Shown here piece by piece: positions 20,510-29,968 of a stretch of DNA of 64,000 bases; the first letter of the stretch is position 1, and every line of letters begins with the position of its first letter. This stretch comes from Candidatus Cloacimonadales bacterium (lineage in GTDB: Bacteria > Cloacimonadota > Cloacimonadia > Cloacimonadales > DAONDQ01), in contig OY759316.1 in the NCBI GenBank assembly GCA_963662275.1, forward strand, positions 800,001 to 864,000, in the 5' to 3' direction. The translations under genes and the position numbers were made by a program. A model generated the notes under the pieces. That model ran no database searches. It saw only the letters and a program-made list of their open reading frames with translations, and was not told where the DNA came from.

Positions 20510-21151
20510 CTACTTTAGCATCTTACCCAGTTTGGCTGCTGTCTTCTTGATCGTAGCTTTTGAGCTTTCTGTATATTTGGTGGCAATTTGCTTCAATTCT
20601 TCTTTCGAATCAGGCCATGATTTGTAAACTACCATAAGACCTTCCATAACACGTGTAGCATGGCGTTCTTCCCATGTTTTCAGATTTTCTTTCAATGTTT
20701 CGTAAGCTTTCTGAGCTTCTTTTTTTCCTGCAGCAGCATATTTCCCGATGGCATCAGTGGCATAATCACGGACAATGACGCTTTTATCGGATTTCATGAT
20801 CTCTTCAAGCTTGTGATAAATCTTGTCAATTTCACGAGGAACTCTATCTGCAATCAGTGAAATGCTGTGCATGATTTCCCATCTGACACGTGTTGTCTTG
20901 TGGTCGATTTGCTCGAAAAGTTCTTTTGAATACTTTGTGATTAATTCCGGTGCTTTCTGGGCTACCATAGTCAGCACTTCAGCAGCATCACCGGCAAGTT
21001 TTGAGTCTTTTGATTTAAGTGCCTTCACAATGTCATCTAAGTGAGAAGGTTTCTTTGCACATTCTTCTGCCACTTTCACATTGGAAGCTTGTGTCGTATC
21101 TCCACTCTGGGATGAAAGCTGTTCCGTGATATTCACATCTTTTTCACTCAT
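20510..21151 (-). CDS. HEAT/ARM-repeat hypothetical protein
   Basis: Helical repeats (TRVRWE, DKSVIVRDYA); RBS GGAGG. Confidence 0.65.
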   Translation of the reverse strand: MSEKDVNITEQLSSQSGDTTQASNVKVAEECAKKPSHLDDIVKALKSKDSKLAGDAAEVLTMVAQKAPELITKYSKELFEQIDHKTTRVRWEIMHSISLIADRVPREIDKIYHKLEEIMKSDKSVIVRDYATDAIGKYAAAGKKEAQKAYETLKENLKTWEERHATRVMEGLMVVYKSWPDSKEELKQIATKYTESSKATIKKTAAKLGKMLK

Positions 21152-21169
21152 GATTCCTCCAATTAATAT

Positions 21170-21805
21170 TTATTTTTTGCTTTGATGAAAGGTTAGGTCA
21201 ATTTCTTCCCGTTGTTCAGCATTTAAATGCTTATAGGTTCCTTTTCCCAATAACAAGTATTGAACCCTGGCAGTTTCCTCAGCTACTTCCAGTTTTTGGA
21301 AACACTGTTCAAGATTATTACCACAGATAACGATACCATGATTCGAGAGTATTATTACATCTGCCATGAGAGATTGTTCTGCCACAATAGATGCTAATTC
21401 ACAGGATGATGGCATAGCATATTGCACGTATGATACTTTAGGAATGAATATATAGGTTTCAGATAATATGTCAGTTTGAAGAGGAATATCAAGAAGATCG
21501 AGTAGTGTCGTATAGGTTGGATGAGCATGCAGGATAGCACTAACATCATGTCGTTTCTGATAAATCTCAGCATGCAATTTCATTTCACAACTGGGCTGTG
21601 TCTTTGAAATAACCGTAAATCCCTCCATCGTGAAAGCAGCCAGGTCAGATATTTGCAGTGCACCTTTATCCTTTCCCGTAGGAGTAATGTAGATTGTATC
21701 ATTGATTCTCATACTCACATTTCCACCGGAAGAAGTGGAATAGCCACCCATATATATCCGTTTTTGGTAGTGTATGATATTTTGGAGAATTTCAGTTTCA
21801 TTCAT
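21170..21805 (-). CDS. Class II aldolase/adducin family protein
   Basis: GGNVS.R, ITPTG, PSCEMKLH..IY, AILHAHP and LSNHG. Confidence 0.9.
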   Translation of the reverse strand: MNETEILQNIIHYQKRIYMGGYSTSSGGNVSMRINDTIYITPTGKDKGALQISDLAAFTMEGFTVISKTQPSCEMKLHAEIYQKRHDVSAILHAHPTYTTLLDLLDIPLQTDILSETYIFIPKVSYVQYAMPSSCELASIVAEQSLMADVIILSNHGIVICGNNLEQCFQKLEVAEETARVQYLLLGKGTYKHLNAEQREEIDLTFHQSKK

Positions 21806-21808
21806 GGT

Positions 21809-22552
21809 TTACTCCTTTTTGAAAGAACTACCTCCTGAAGAAGGCGCTACCGACGAACTACCTCCTGAAGAAGGTGCTACCGACGAACTACCTCCTGAAG
21901 AAGGCGCTACCGACGAACTACCTCCTGAAGAAGGTGCTACCGACGAACTACCTCCTGAAGAAGGTGCTACCGACGAACTACCTCCTGAAGAAGGTGCTAC
22001 CGACGAACTACCTCCTAAAGTAAGCGCTACTGACGAACTACCTCCTAAAGTAAGCGCTACTGACGAACTACCTCCTGAAGAAGGCGCTACCGACGAACTA
22101 CCTCCTGAAGAAGGCGATGCAGAGTAATGATGATTACCATATATGCGCCAAGTTCCATCAATTTTAATAAAATAAGAAAAGTCACCATTTTCCTGTGGTT
22201 CAGTAGTGATCTCATCTTGTAATGAGATAACCCATTTTGCTGTTCCAGAAACAACTGCTGTATCGTTATTAATATCATAATGCAAATTTGTAAAATCAAA
22301 AGAAGAATATGTATTCATCCGCGTTTGCCAAGTCGTTCTTTCAACGCTAAGTCCTGTCCCATCATGAAGATAATCAGGTGAATAATGAGACATAATACCA
22401 TCCAGGTCAAGCTGTCTGAAATCTATTTGTATTTGTTCGAGTACCTGTTCAAGCTGTGCTTTATTGACATCTTCTGGTTTGGATAGGGCACAGGAAGAAA
22501 TAAAAAACATCAAAATGACAGAACAAATAATAAGAAGAATTCTATGAATCAT
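21809..22552 (-). CDS. NTF2-like lipoprotein with a repeat-encoded (SSVAPSSGGS)n tail
   Basis: Lipobox-like FISSC; NTF2-like core ending KIDGTWRIYGN; tail encoded by a 30-bp tandem array. Confidence 0.75.
   Translation of the reverse strand: MIHRILLIICSVILMFFISSCALSKPEDVNKAQLEQVLEQIQIDFRQLDLDGIMSHYSPDYLHDGTGLSVERTTWQTRMNTYSSFDFTNLHYDINNDTAVVSGTAKWVISLQDEITTEPQENGDFSYFIKIDGTWRIYGNHHYSASPSSGGSSSVAPSSGGSSSVALTLGGSSSVALTLGGSSSVAPSSGGSSSVAPSSGGSSSVAPSSGGSSSVAPSSGGSSSVAPSSGGSSSVAPSSGGSSFKKE
21825..22116. repeat. 30-bp tandem array, about 9.7 units, REP-like
   Basis: GAACTACCTCCTGAAGAAGG(C/T)GCTACCGAC every 30 bp. The minus strand reads GTAG-CG followed by hairpin CCTTCT-TC-AGGAGG. Confidence 0.95.
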
Positions 22553-23880
22553 TTTAATTCCAGGATGATCACATTTTCAACATGCCAAGTTTGCGGGAAT
22601 AAATCAAAAGGCTGTATTTCCATGATCTGGTAACAATACTGCTGAAATAACTCTATATCCCTGTATTGAGTAGATGGATTGCAGCTTACATAGATAATTC
22701 TCTGTATTCCGGCATTAGCTATTTGAGGTATGATAGCGGTTTCCAGACCCTTACGTGGTGGATCGAATATTAAAGTATCAATTTTCTGCTCAAGTACCAG
22801 TCTTGGTAATTCATCTTCCACTTTACCGGTAATGCAGGTCACATTACTCAGGTTATTTAGCATGGCATTGAATTTTGTATTCTCGACTGCATGTTCATTT
22901 GACTCAATACAATAAAGCCAGTTGCATTTCCTGGCAAGGGATAGTCCGATCAGACCAATACCGCTAAAAGCATCTACAACATTCTCCCCGGCTGAAATCC
23001 TGATATCCAGGTAGGATATTAAATTCTCCGCCTGCTGTGAATGAATCTGCATGAATGACTGATAATGAATTTGGAAAGTTGTATTCTTGATCTGGTCAGT
23101 GAAGTAAGGATTTCCATAAAGTACTTTTTCTTCATTTCCCAGTATTCTATTTCCGGTTTCTGGTTTGATATTCTGAATTATTCCCGTAATTTGAGGGTAT
23201 TTTTTGAGTAGATTCTTCACTAAAACCATTGCGAAAGGCAATTTTCTTCCTTTGGTTACAATTATCACAATCAGTTCATCCGTTCTTTCAGAATAACGGA
23301 TACCTGCATGTTTGATAATACCTGTATTATTCTTTTCATTATAAACAGGAATATGAGCAGAAATAAGATGAGTTCGAATGATTGAGAAAATATCATCAAA
23401 GAAAGTCGGATGCAGGGAACATTGCTGATGGGGAATGACTTCATGGCTTTTCCTTGCATACATACCTATAACAGGTTCTTCATTCTTCATTCCAATCGGC
23501 ATGAATACCTTATTCCGGTAATGGGTAGATGGATTGGCACCAATGATAGGTTTGATCTTTTCAGTGGGATATAAACGCTGATAAATATCCGCTATGATTC
23601 CCTGTTTCCAGGTCAATTGTACTTCATAGGGAACATTCAGCCAATCACAGCCTCCACATGCTCCGAATACTTCACATTGCGGTTCCTGAGCAAGTGAGGA
23701 ATGACACTGATATGTTTCTATTTCCGCAAAGAGGGAATTACCCTTCTTGCCAATGACCCTGACATCGACAACATCCTCAGGAATTGCATGGGATACAAAA
23801 ACAGTCTGATCGTTGTAATAACCTAATCCGTAACCTTTATTGACGATTTTAGCAATTGTAAGATGATCAATATGTTCCGT
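22549..23880 (-). CDS. rlmD: 23S rRNA (uracil-C5)-methyltransferase RlmD/TrmA family; start codon uncertain
   Basis: TRAM N-terminus, Fe-S motif C.VFGACGGC, YRNK, DPPRKG, IYVSCNP and DLFPQTWHVE. Confidence 0.93.
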   Translation of the reverse strand, partial: TEHIDHLTIAKIVNKGYGLGYYNDQTVFVSHAIPEDVVDVRVIGKKGNSLFAEIETYQCHSSLAQEPQCEVFGACGGCDWLNVPYEVQLTWKQGIIADIYQRLYPTEKIKPIIGANPSTHYRNKVFMPIGMKNEEPVIGMYARKSHEVIPHQQCSLHPTFFDDIFSIIRTHLISAHIPVYNEKNNTGIIKHAGIRYSERTDELIVIIVTKGRKLPFAMVLVKNLLKKYPQITGIIQNIKPETGNRILGNEEKVLYGNPYFTDQIKNTTFQIHYQSFMQIHSQQAENLISYLDIRISAGENVVDAFSGIGLIGLSLARKCNWLYCIESNEHAVENTKFNAMLNNLSNVTCITGKVEDELPRLVLEQKIDTLIFDPPRKGLETAIIPQIANAGIQRIIYVSCNPSTQYRDIELFQQYCYQIMEIQPFDLFPQTWHVENVIILELK

Positions 23881-23887
23881 TTCAACC

Positions 23888-24601
23888 TCAAATATGGTGA
23901 AAGATTGCTTTGATTCGCAGCCACCAGACCATGAATATGGCTTCCCAGATGATCTGTTTAGACATTTTGGACTGTCCTTCACTGCGTTCATAAAAAATGA
24001 TAGGGATTTCCTTGATACGATATTTTTTTAGCCAGGTTCGATAATTCATTTCTATCTGGAAAGAATACCCATCAGACATGATGTCATCCAAATTGATATT
24101 CTCCAGTACTTCCCGACGGAAACACTTAAAACCACCGGTGGGATCCTTGATGGGCATTCGAGTAATAAAACGCACATACTTGGAAGCTCCATAACTCAGG
24201 AATAATCGTATGATAGGCCAATTTACGACATTGACACCTTTGATATAACGTGAACCTATGACCAGATCATAATCTTGAATCGTGTTTAGTATCTTGGGAA
24301 TCATAATTGGATCATGTGAAAAATCTGCATCCATTTCGAATATGAAATCATATTGATTTGAGATACCGTACTTGAAACCGGCAACATAAGCAGAACCAAG
24401 TCCTAATTTACCAGTTCTTTCCAACAAATGCAGCCTGGGTTCGTTTGCCTGGATTTCTCGAACAGCTTTTCCTGTACCATCAGGTGAATTATCGTCAACA
24501 ATGAGAACATTGAGACAAGGATCCTGTTTGAGAACTTCCCTGATCATGCGTGGTGCATTTAAAATTTCGTTATAAGTAGGTATGATCACCAGTGCTTTCA
24601 T
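23888..24601 (-). CDS. Polyprenol-phosphate mannosyltransferase (GT2, Dpm1-like)
   Basis: IIPTYNE, VDDNSPDGT, EMDADFSHDP and GYSFQIE. Confidence 0.92.
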   Translation of the reverse strand: MKALVIIPTYNEILNAPRMIREVLKQDPCLNVLIVDDNSPDGTGKAVREIQANEPRLHLLERTGKLGLGSAYVAGFKYGISNQYDFIFEMDADFSHDPIMIPKILNTIQDYDLVIGSRYIKGVNVVNWPIIRLFLSYGASKYVRFITRMPIKDPTGGFKCFRREVLENINLDDIMSDGYSFQIEMNYRTWLKKYRIKEIPIIFYERSEGQSKMSKQIIWEAIFMVWWLRIKAIFHHI

Positions 24602-24653
24602 TTTTCCCCTTCCAAGTTATCACTTTCTATGCTGTTAATCTAATGTGAAAAAA

Positions 24654-25406
24654 TCATTTATCTAAATTATTTTCCAGTAATTGTTCTTCAGATACATCAC
24701 GGCTTTCTTTTGCAGGATGCCCAACCCATACTTTACCAGCAGTTACATCTTTTGTAATCAATGCTCCAGCAGCAACCTGACTATCTTTTCCTATGACTTT
24801 TCCAGGTAAAATTGTAGCATGAACACCAATCCGACCGCCTGTTTTAATCGTGATACCTTTAAAATGATTAAATCTTTCCTTATCACGTGCCATATAATTA
24901 TCATTACTGGTTGCCACACAGGGAGCTACGAAACAATAATCTTCAATTTCTGAATAGGCAGTAATGTAACAGTTTGTTTCCAGTTTATTCCGACTACCTA
25001 TCTTAACAAAATTCTCCACGGCAACATTGCGCCCTATGATATTCAGATCACCGATTTCTACATTTTCCCTGATAGTAGCCATATCAGCTATGAGGTTCTT
25101 GAAGCCGATCCTGGCTTGTGCATAAATGATGACATTTGCACCAACCTGGCACATATCACCAATTTGAGTAGGTTTTAAATCAGTTGGAACCTTAAAAATA
25201 CTCCTGGGAGAACTCAGTGGTTTTTTCCCAATAATTGTGTTATCATCAATCCTGACATGATTGCCTATGATGCTGTCTTCATAAATCACGACATTGCAGC
25301 CAATATGGCAGTGATCTCCAATAAGGACATTATCCATGATGACGACGTTAAAACCAAAATGTACATCAGTACCTAATTTGGCAGACTCAGAGATATAATT
25401 TTGCAT
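24654..25406 (-). CDS. Hexapeptide-repeat acyl/acetyltransferase
   Basis: Extensive [LIV]G-x4 left-handed beta-helix repeats; VAAGALITKDV...GHPAK C-terminus. Confidence 0.88.
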   Translation of the reverse strand: MQNYISESAKLGTDVHFGFNVVIMDNVLIGDHCHIGCNVVIYEDSIIGNHVRIDDNTIIGKKPLSSPRSIFKVPTDLKPTQIGDMCQVGANVIIYAQARIGFKNLIADMATIRENVEIGDLNIIGRNVAVENFVKIGSRNKLETNCYITAYSEIEDYCFVAPCVATSNDNYMARDKERFNHFKGITIKTGGRIGVHATILPGKVIGKDSQVAAGALITKDVTAGKVWVGHPAKESRDVSEEQLLENNLDK

Positions 25407-25501
25407 ACTCTCTCCCGATCATTTTATTCTCATTAAATAATCTAACAACATTAACCATTTCGGAGTTTTTCCGTCAAGAATATATATGCAAAATTTCAGC
25501 C

Positions 25502-26713
25502 TTAATGTTGTACATCTCTTCTTTTTAATTGTTCAAGGTGTCTTTTCCAAAGATTTGCTGCATAATTCAGCTCATCATTACGTGTTTTCAATATTCCATC
25601 CAATCTGGCAATATATAATCTATCCAGGATACGTCCCATAACAGTTCCCTTTGGAATTCCCAATTCCATCAGGTCATTACCTTTCAGCATCGTATGGATT
25701 TGTACCTCAGCTAATTGAAGTGCTCTGATGATGTCTATGATATGCTGATCCTGTTCTTCACAAAGAATTACAAAAACAGTTAATTTATGAAGTCCTTTCA
25801 TACTTTTCCAAGCTGTCCCTAATTTCCTGGTTTTCTGAATCTTTGATCGCATATGCAATTTAAAATGATGCAGCTCTCTGAAAACAGAACTCAGCCATTT
25901 AAGCTTCAGAAATTTTGAACAAGTTAAATTCTGTGGAAAATCTATCCCGGAAAATAACGGCACAAATAGAACCTGGTAAAGTGATAAATACTGTCTCGAA
26001 AAAGCTAATTCCTGATATTGCTTTGTATAATGAGTAAATTTAATACCCAAATCGTGAGGAATTGTCAGACTGGGAAATATGGATTCCATAATTCCTAGTT
26101 GTTCTGCCCGTAAATAAAATAACTCAGGATTAGATTCTTTGAAAGCCAGTTCGAATTCATTACGGATTCTTTCCACGGAGATCCTATGAAGATCGTCGTC
26201 ATGGATACTCTCTTTCATCAAATCGAGGGTTGCGGGTTCAATAGCATACTGAAACCGTTTTTCAAAGCGAATGGCACGCAGGATACGGGTTGGATCATCC
26301 TTGAAGCTACGGGAATGAATGACGCGTATGATGCCTGTTTCCAAGTCAGGAAAACTCTGTTCCAAGGCATATATCGTACCAAACTCTTCTTCTTTCAATG
26401 CCAGAGCCATCGCATTGATAGTAAAATCCCGACGTGTCAGGTCTGAACTGATATCTGCAAATTCTACTTCAGGCAGCGAACCAGAATAAGGATAACTCTC
26501 TGCCCTGGCAGTGACAAAATCAATCTTACGTTGACCGGGAATATGGATGATTGCCGTTCCAAAGCGCGTAAATGTCCTGCATTCCGTATGGAAGTAGGAG
26601 GCTACCTTCTCAGCAAAAGCAATCCCATCGCCTTCTACGGTAAAATCCATGTCAGGTGAGATATGCCCTAAGCAAAGATCACGGACGAAACCACCGACGA
26701 GATAAACCTTCAA
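25502..26713 (-). CDS. Class II tRNA nucleotidyltransferase (CCA- or A-adding enzyme); the open frame extends to about 26809
   Basis: YLVGGFVRD, DMDF, TARAESY, DLTRRDFTINAMA and SFKDDPTRILRAIRF. Confidence 0.92.
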   Translation of the reverse strand: MKVYLVGGFVRDLCLGHISPDMDFTVEGDGIAFAEKVASYFHTECRTFTRFGTAIIHIPGQRKIDFVTARAESYPYSGSLPEVEFADISSDLTRRDFTINAMALALKEEEFGTIYALEQSFPDLETGIIRVIHSRSFKDDPTRILRAIRFEKRFQYAIEPATLDLMKESIHDDDLHRISVERIRNEFELAFKESNPELFYLRAEQLGIMESIFPSLTIPHDLGIKFTHYTKQYQELAFSRQYLSLYQVLFVPLFSGIDFPQNLTCSKFLKLKWLSSVFRELHHFKLHMRSKIQKTRKLGTAWKSMKGLHKLTVFVILCEEQDQHIIDIIRALQLAEVQIHTMLKGNDLMELGIPKGTVMGRILDRLYIARLDGILKTRNDELNYAANLWKRHLEQLKRRDVQH

Positions 26714-26823
26714 GCCTTCTTCGGTTGCTAATGAACCAATCAGTTTCAGCAGTCTCAGGTCATCGGGATGAAGCTGGTTGAGTAAGCCTTTTCTTTGAAT
26801 GATAATTATGGGACTATCCTCTT

Positions 26824-28044
26824 TTAGTTATTACTCAACAGCTTTGGTGCCATGGGGGCGCGTAAACGATGAGCACCTGGAAAACCGGAACCAAGTAAAG
26901 GGCGAAGGTAGAATTTGAAAGCATCTGTTACACCATTACCTGTGGCATTGATGAATTCATCGGGCATATGACGTGTTTTACCGGCAATTTTCTCTAATTG
27001 AGCCAATTCATAATTGACAGAATAGAATCCTGTTCTCTGGATTGTAACAGAACCATCAAGATTATACCAAATAGCATAATGAGCAGCTTTTTCACCGACT
27101 TCACGGGCTTCCTGCTGATCGATATCCGAGACGCAATTAATAAACGATCTCTGTAAATACCCGAATGTATCCGACCGGACTCGGCTAATTTTAAGCTTGT
27201 CCTTGATCAGGTCACATAACAGATCACCAAGTGCTCCGGTACCGGATAACTGAACATTACCATGGGCATCAGTTTCACTAGATTTCGTCAATTTCAGCAT
27301 AATGGGCATACCTTTCTCATCCATGATTCCTTCTGAAACGGCAACAACGCAGCGTCCATACTGATCATAAACACGCTTAACATCGCGCAGGAAGGCATCC
27401 GTATTGAATGTTCTTTCAGGAACATAGACCAAATGAGGACCATCATCCTCATATTTCTGGGCTAACGCCGAAGCGGCTGTCAGGAAACCGGCATGACGTC
27501 CCATAACGACACCGATATAAACACCGGGAAGGGCTCTGTTATCAAGGTTAGCACCAATAAAAGATTGAGCGACAAATCTTGCTGCTGAACCGTAACCGGG
27601 TGTATGATCATTCAGCACAAGATCATTATCAATGGTTTTAGGAATGTGAATTGCCCTGAACTCATAATCTGCAAGCTTCGCCTGTTCATTAACGATACGC
27701 ACTGTATCGGAGGAGTCATTACCGCCAATGTAGAAAAAATAGCGAATATCATGTGCTTTCATTACTTTGAACATTTCGATGCAGTATTTCTCATCCGGTT
27801 TAGCACGAGTCGATAATAATGCAGAAGAGGGAGTGTCAGCAACCTGCTCCAAGTTGTGAGTTGTTTCCTGTGAAAGGTCCATGAAGTCTTCATTCATAAT
27901 ACCTGACACGCCATGAATGGCACCATAAACTCGTGTTACCTGTGTGAATTTCCTGGACTCAAGAACAACGCCCACCATGGACTGGTTAATCACAGCAGTG
28001 GGACCACCTCCCTGGGCTACGAGAACTTTTCCTTCAAGTTTCAT
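26824..28044 (-). CDS. 6-phosphofructokinase, probably PPi-dependent
   Basis: QGGGPTAVIN, GGNDS (Asp variant), PKTIDND, MGRHAG and GYLQR. Confidence 0.88.
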   Translation of the reverse strand: MKLEGKVLVAQGGGPTAVINQSMVGVVLESRKFTQVTRVYGAIHGVSGIMNEDFMDLSQETTHNLEQVADTPSSALLSTRAKPDEKYCIEMFKVMKAHDIRYFFYIGGNDSSDTVRIVNEQAKLADYEFRAIHIPKTIDNDLVLNDHTPGYGSAARFVAQSFIGANLDNRALPGVYIGVVMGRHAGFLTAASALAQKYEDDGPHLVYVPERTFNTDAFLRDVKRVYDQYGRCVVAVSEGIMDEKGMPIMLKLTKSSETDAHGNVQLSGTGALGDLLCDLIKDKLKISRVRSDTFGYLQRSFINCVSDIDQQEAREVGEKAAHYAIWYNLDGSVTIQRTGFYSVNYELAQLEKIAGKTRHMPDEFINATGNGVTDAFKFYLRPLLGSGFPGAHRLRAPMAPKLLSNN

Positions 28045-29185
28045 CTTCCTTCTCCTCTATATCTTTTGAAATATGTTCTTTTTCTGTAAAGCAAGACGCC
28101 GTTCTTGCTATATCGCTTTTTTCACTATGTTCCTTTGCTGTGGAGCAAGATTCCGATCTTGCTGTATCGTTTTTTTCACGATGTTCCTTTGCTGTGGAGC
28201 AAGATTCCGATCTTGCTGTATCGTTTTTTTCACGATATTCCTTTGCTGTGGAGCAAGACGCCGTTCTTGCTGAATCGTTTTTTTCACTATGTTCTCTTGC
28301 TCGTGGATGTGCTTTATGATAAGCTTTCTGCACATCTTCCAGGGTTACATGTGTATAGATTTCAGTCGTGGATAACTGCTCATGCCCCAGCATTTCCTGG
28401 ATAGCACGCAGGTCAGCACCATTTTTTAATAGGTGCGTAGCGAATGTGTGTCTCAGTACATGTGGAGAATATCCTTTCTCCTGTGCCACAGCATATAAAT
28501 ATTTCGCTAAGACACCCCATATTTCCTTCTGGTTAAATGCCTTTCCGCTCTTCGTGAGAAACAAAGTATCGCCGCTATCCTCTGAAACATGCTTAGGTCG
28601 ATATTGCAGATATTTTTGAATTGCCAGTATAGCTTTTTTACCAACAGGTACCACTCTTTCCTTATTTCTTTTTCCATGAACGAGAAGAACCCTTTTATGC
28701 ATATCCAACTGCGAAAGACGTGTCGTTGCTATTTCACTGGCTCGAAGACCGGAAGAATAGATCAATTCAAGGATTGCCCTATTCCGAACACCATAAATGT
28801 TATCCGAATCAGGTAATTCAACTAATAACGCTGCATCCTCTTCATTAAAGAACTTTGGCAGTTTCTTTTCATATTTTGGCAAGGACATCTTATCAACAGG
28901 ATTTTTTTCACAGAGATGAGTTCTTTGGCAAAATTTAAAGAACATATTGATAGCAATCAATTTTCTTACTAAAGTTCGGTTTGTATCTCCTTCTTCGTTC
29001 CGGTTCCTCAGGAAATCACGTATTTGAAGTGGGATAATTTGGGTAAACTGTACGATTTCATCAGGAAAAAAGGGGCGAAGGAAATGCTCCAACTGATGTA
29101 AGTCCTTTTCATAGGCTATGATTGTGTGGGATGATTTTCCTTCCACTTTCAGATATTGGCAGAAGTCTTTAATAGTTTGCTGCAT
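28034..29185 (-). CDS. xerC: Tyrosine recombinase XerC/XerD family with a repeat-encoded tail
   Basis: SAM-like N-domain; LIYSSGLRASE, HGKRNKER, PHVLRHTFATHLL and LGHEQLSTTEIYTH. Likely start MQQT at 29185. xerC versus xerD not resolved. Confidence 0.88.
   Translation of the reverse strand: MQQTIKDFCQYLKVEGKSSHTIIAYEKDLHQLEHFLRPFFPDEIVQFTQIIPLQIRDFLRNRNEEGDTNRTLVRKLIAINMFFKFCQRTHLCEKNPVDKMSLPKYEKKLPKFFNEEDAALLVELPDSDNIYGVRNRAILELIYSSGLRASEIATTRLSQLDMHKRVLLVHGKRNKERVVPVGKKAILAIQKYLQYRPKHVSEDSGDTLFLTKSGKAFNQKEIWGVLAKYLYAVAQEKGYSPHVLRHTFATHLLKNGADLRAIQEMLGHEQLSTTEIYTHVTLEDVQKAYHKAHPRAREHSEKNDSARTASCSTAKEYREKNDTARSESCSTAKEHREKNDTARSESCSTAKEHSEKSDIARTASCFTEKEHISKDIEEKEDET
28084..28299. repeat. 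54-bp tandem array (4 units) with hairpin GCAAGA-N6-TCTTGC inside the xerC 3' end
   Basis: Units start at 28084, 28138, 28192 and 28246. The same core recurs in non-coding DNA at 58882-58940. Confidence 0.92.
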
Positions 29186-29190
29186 GTAAG

Positions 29191-29439
29191 TTACACAATT
29201 CCAAAACCGATAACTAGTCGGCAAAAACCCACGACAATTGCTATTGTGCAAAAAACGATACCGATTGCAGCCAATCCCTTATTCCGATCACCACGGTCAA
29301 TATAGCCTACGATACCGATAACGAGACCAATGACTGAGAACGGAATATTGATCCAATTCCAGGAACCAAGACAGGGAATTAAGCCAAACAGGAAACCGCT
29401 GATGGCAAAGAATCCCCAGATAAAACTCAAAATTCGCAT
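29191..29439 (-). CDS. Small three-TM membrane protein
   Basis: Hydrophobic segments, IPCLGSWNW motif, RBS AGGGG; sits just upstream of xerC. Confidence 0.7.
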   Translation of the reverse strand: MRILSFIWGFFAISGFLFGLIPCLGSWNWINIPFSVIGLVIGIVGYIDRGDRNKGLAAIGIVFCTIAIVVGFCRLVIGFGIV

Positions 29440-29968
29440 ATCTACCCCTTAATTTGGATATTCTCCAAAAATGGAAATGAATGTCAATGGATATTTATGT
29501 TTGCATTTAACAAATAAATTAAAATGCAGCCTGATGTATCCCTCTTTCCCCGCTCTCCGCGCTTTTCTGGTCATTAGAGCCACAAAGACCCACTTAATTT
29601 ATACCAGTTTCAATCCTGTTTCAATCCTGTTTGATACCAGTTTCATTCCTGTTTCGTCAAACAGGAAAGAGATTGGTATGGAATTGGTATGAACTTGGAT
29701 TTAACTTGGATTGAACTTGGTATAATCTAAGTGGATTCCGATCTTATGGAAGATGATTAAATCTGGAGCGCCTTATTCTTTAAGGCGGATATGTCGCATT
29801 CCTTGCGACGCAAACCTACATTGAAACGAGAACTAACTTTCTTGAATATAAAGTGCAAGTATCTATTGACAGGCAATCTACATCGTGCAATAAATACTAT
29901 GATTCTTATGTGAGAAATAAAGAAAAGTATTTATAATATTTATAACGCTTTGATTTATAGGGGGCAAA

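Noticed and set aside
21774..22127. Plus-strand (ELPPEEGATD)n protein
   Set aside because: It is the antisense reading of the 30-bp array within a minus-strand operon and has no evident RBS.
28034..29185. Integron integrase or prophage integrase
   Set aside because: The motifs are Xer-like without the IntI-specific insertion, the gene sits in a housekeeping run, and no attC sites or phage genes were seen.
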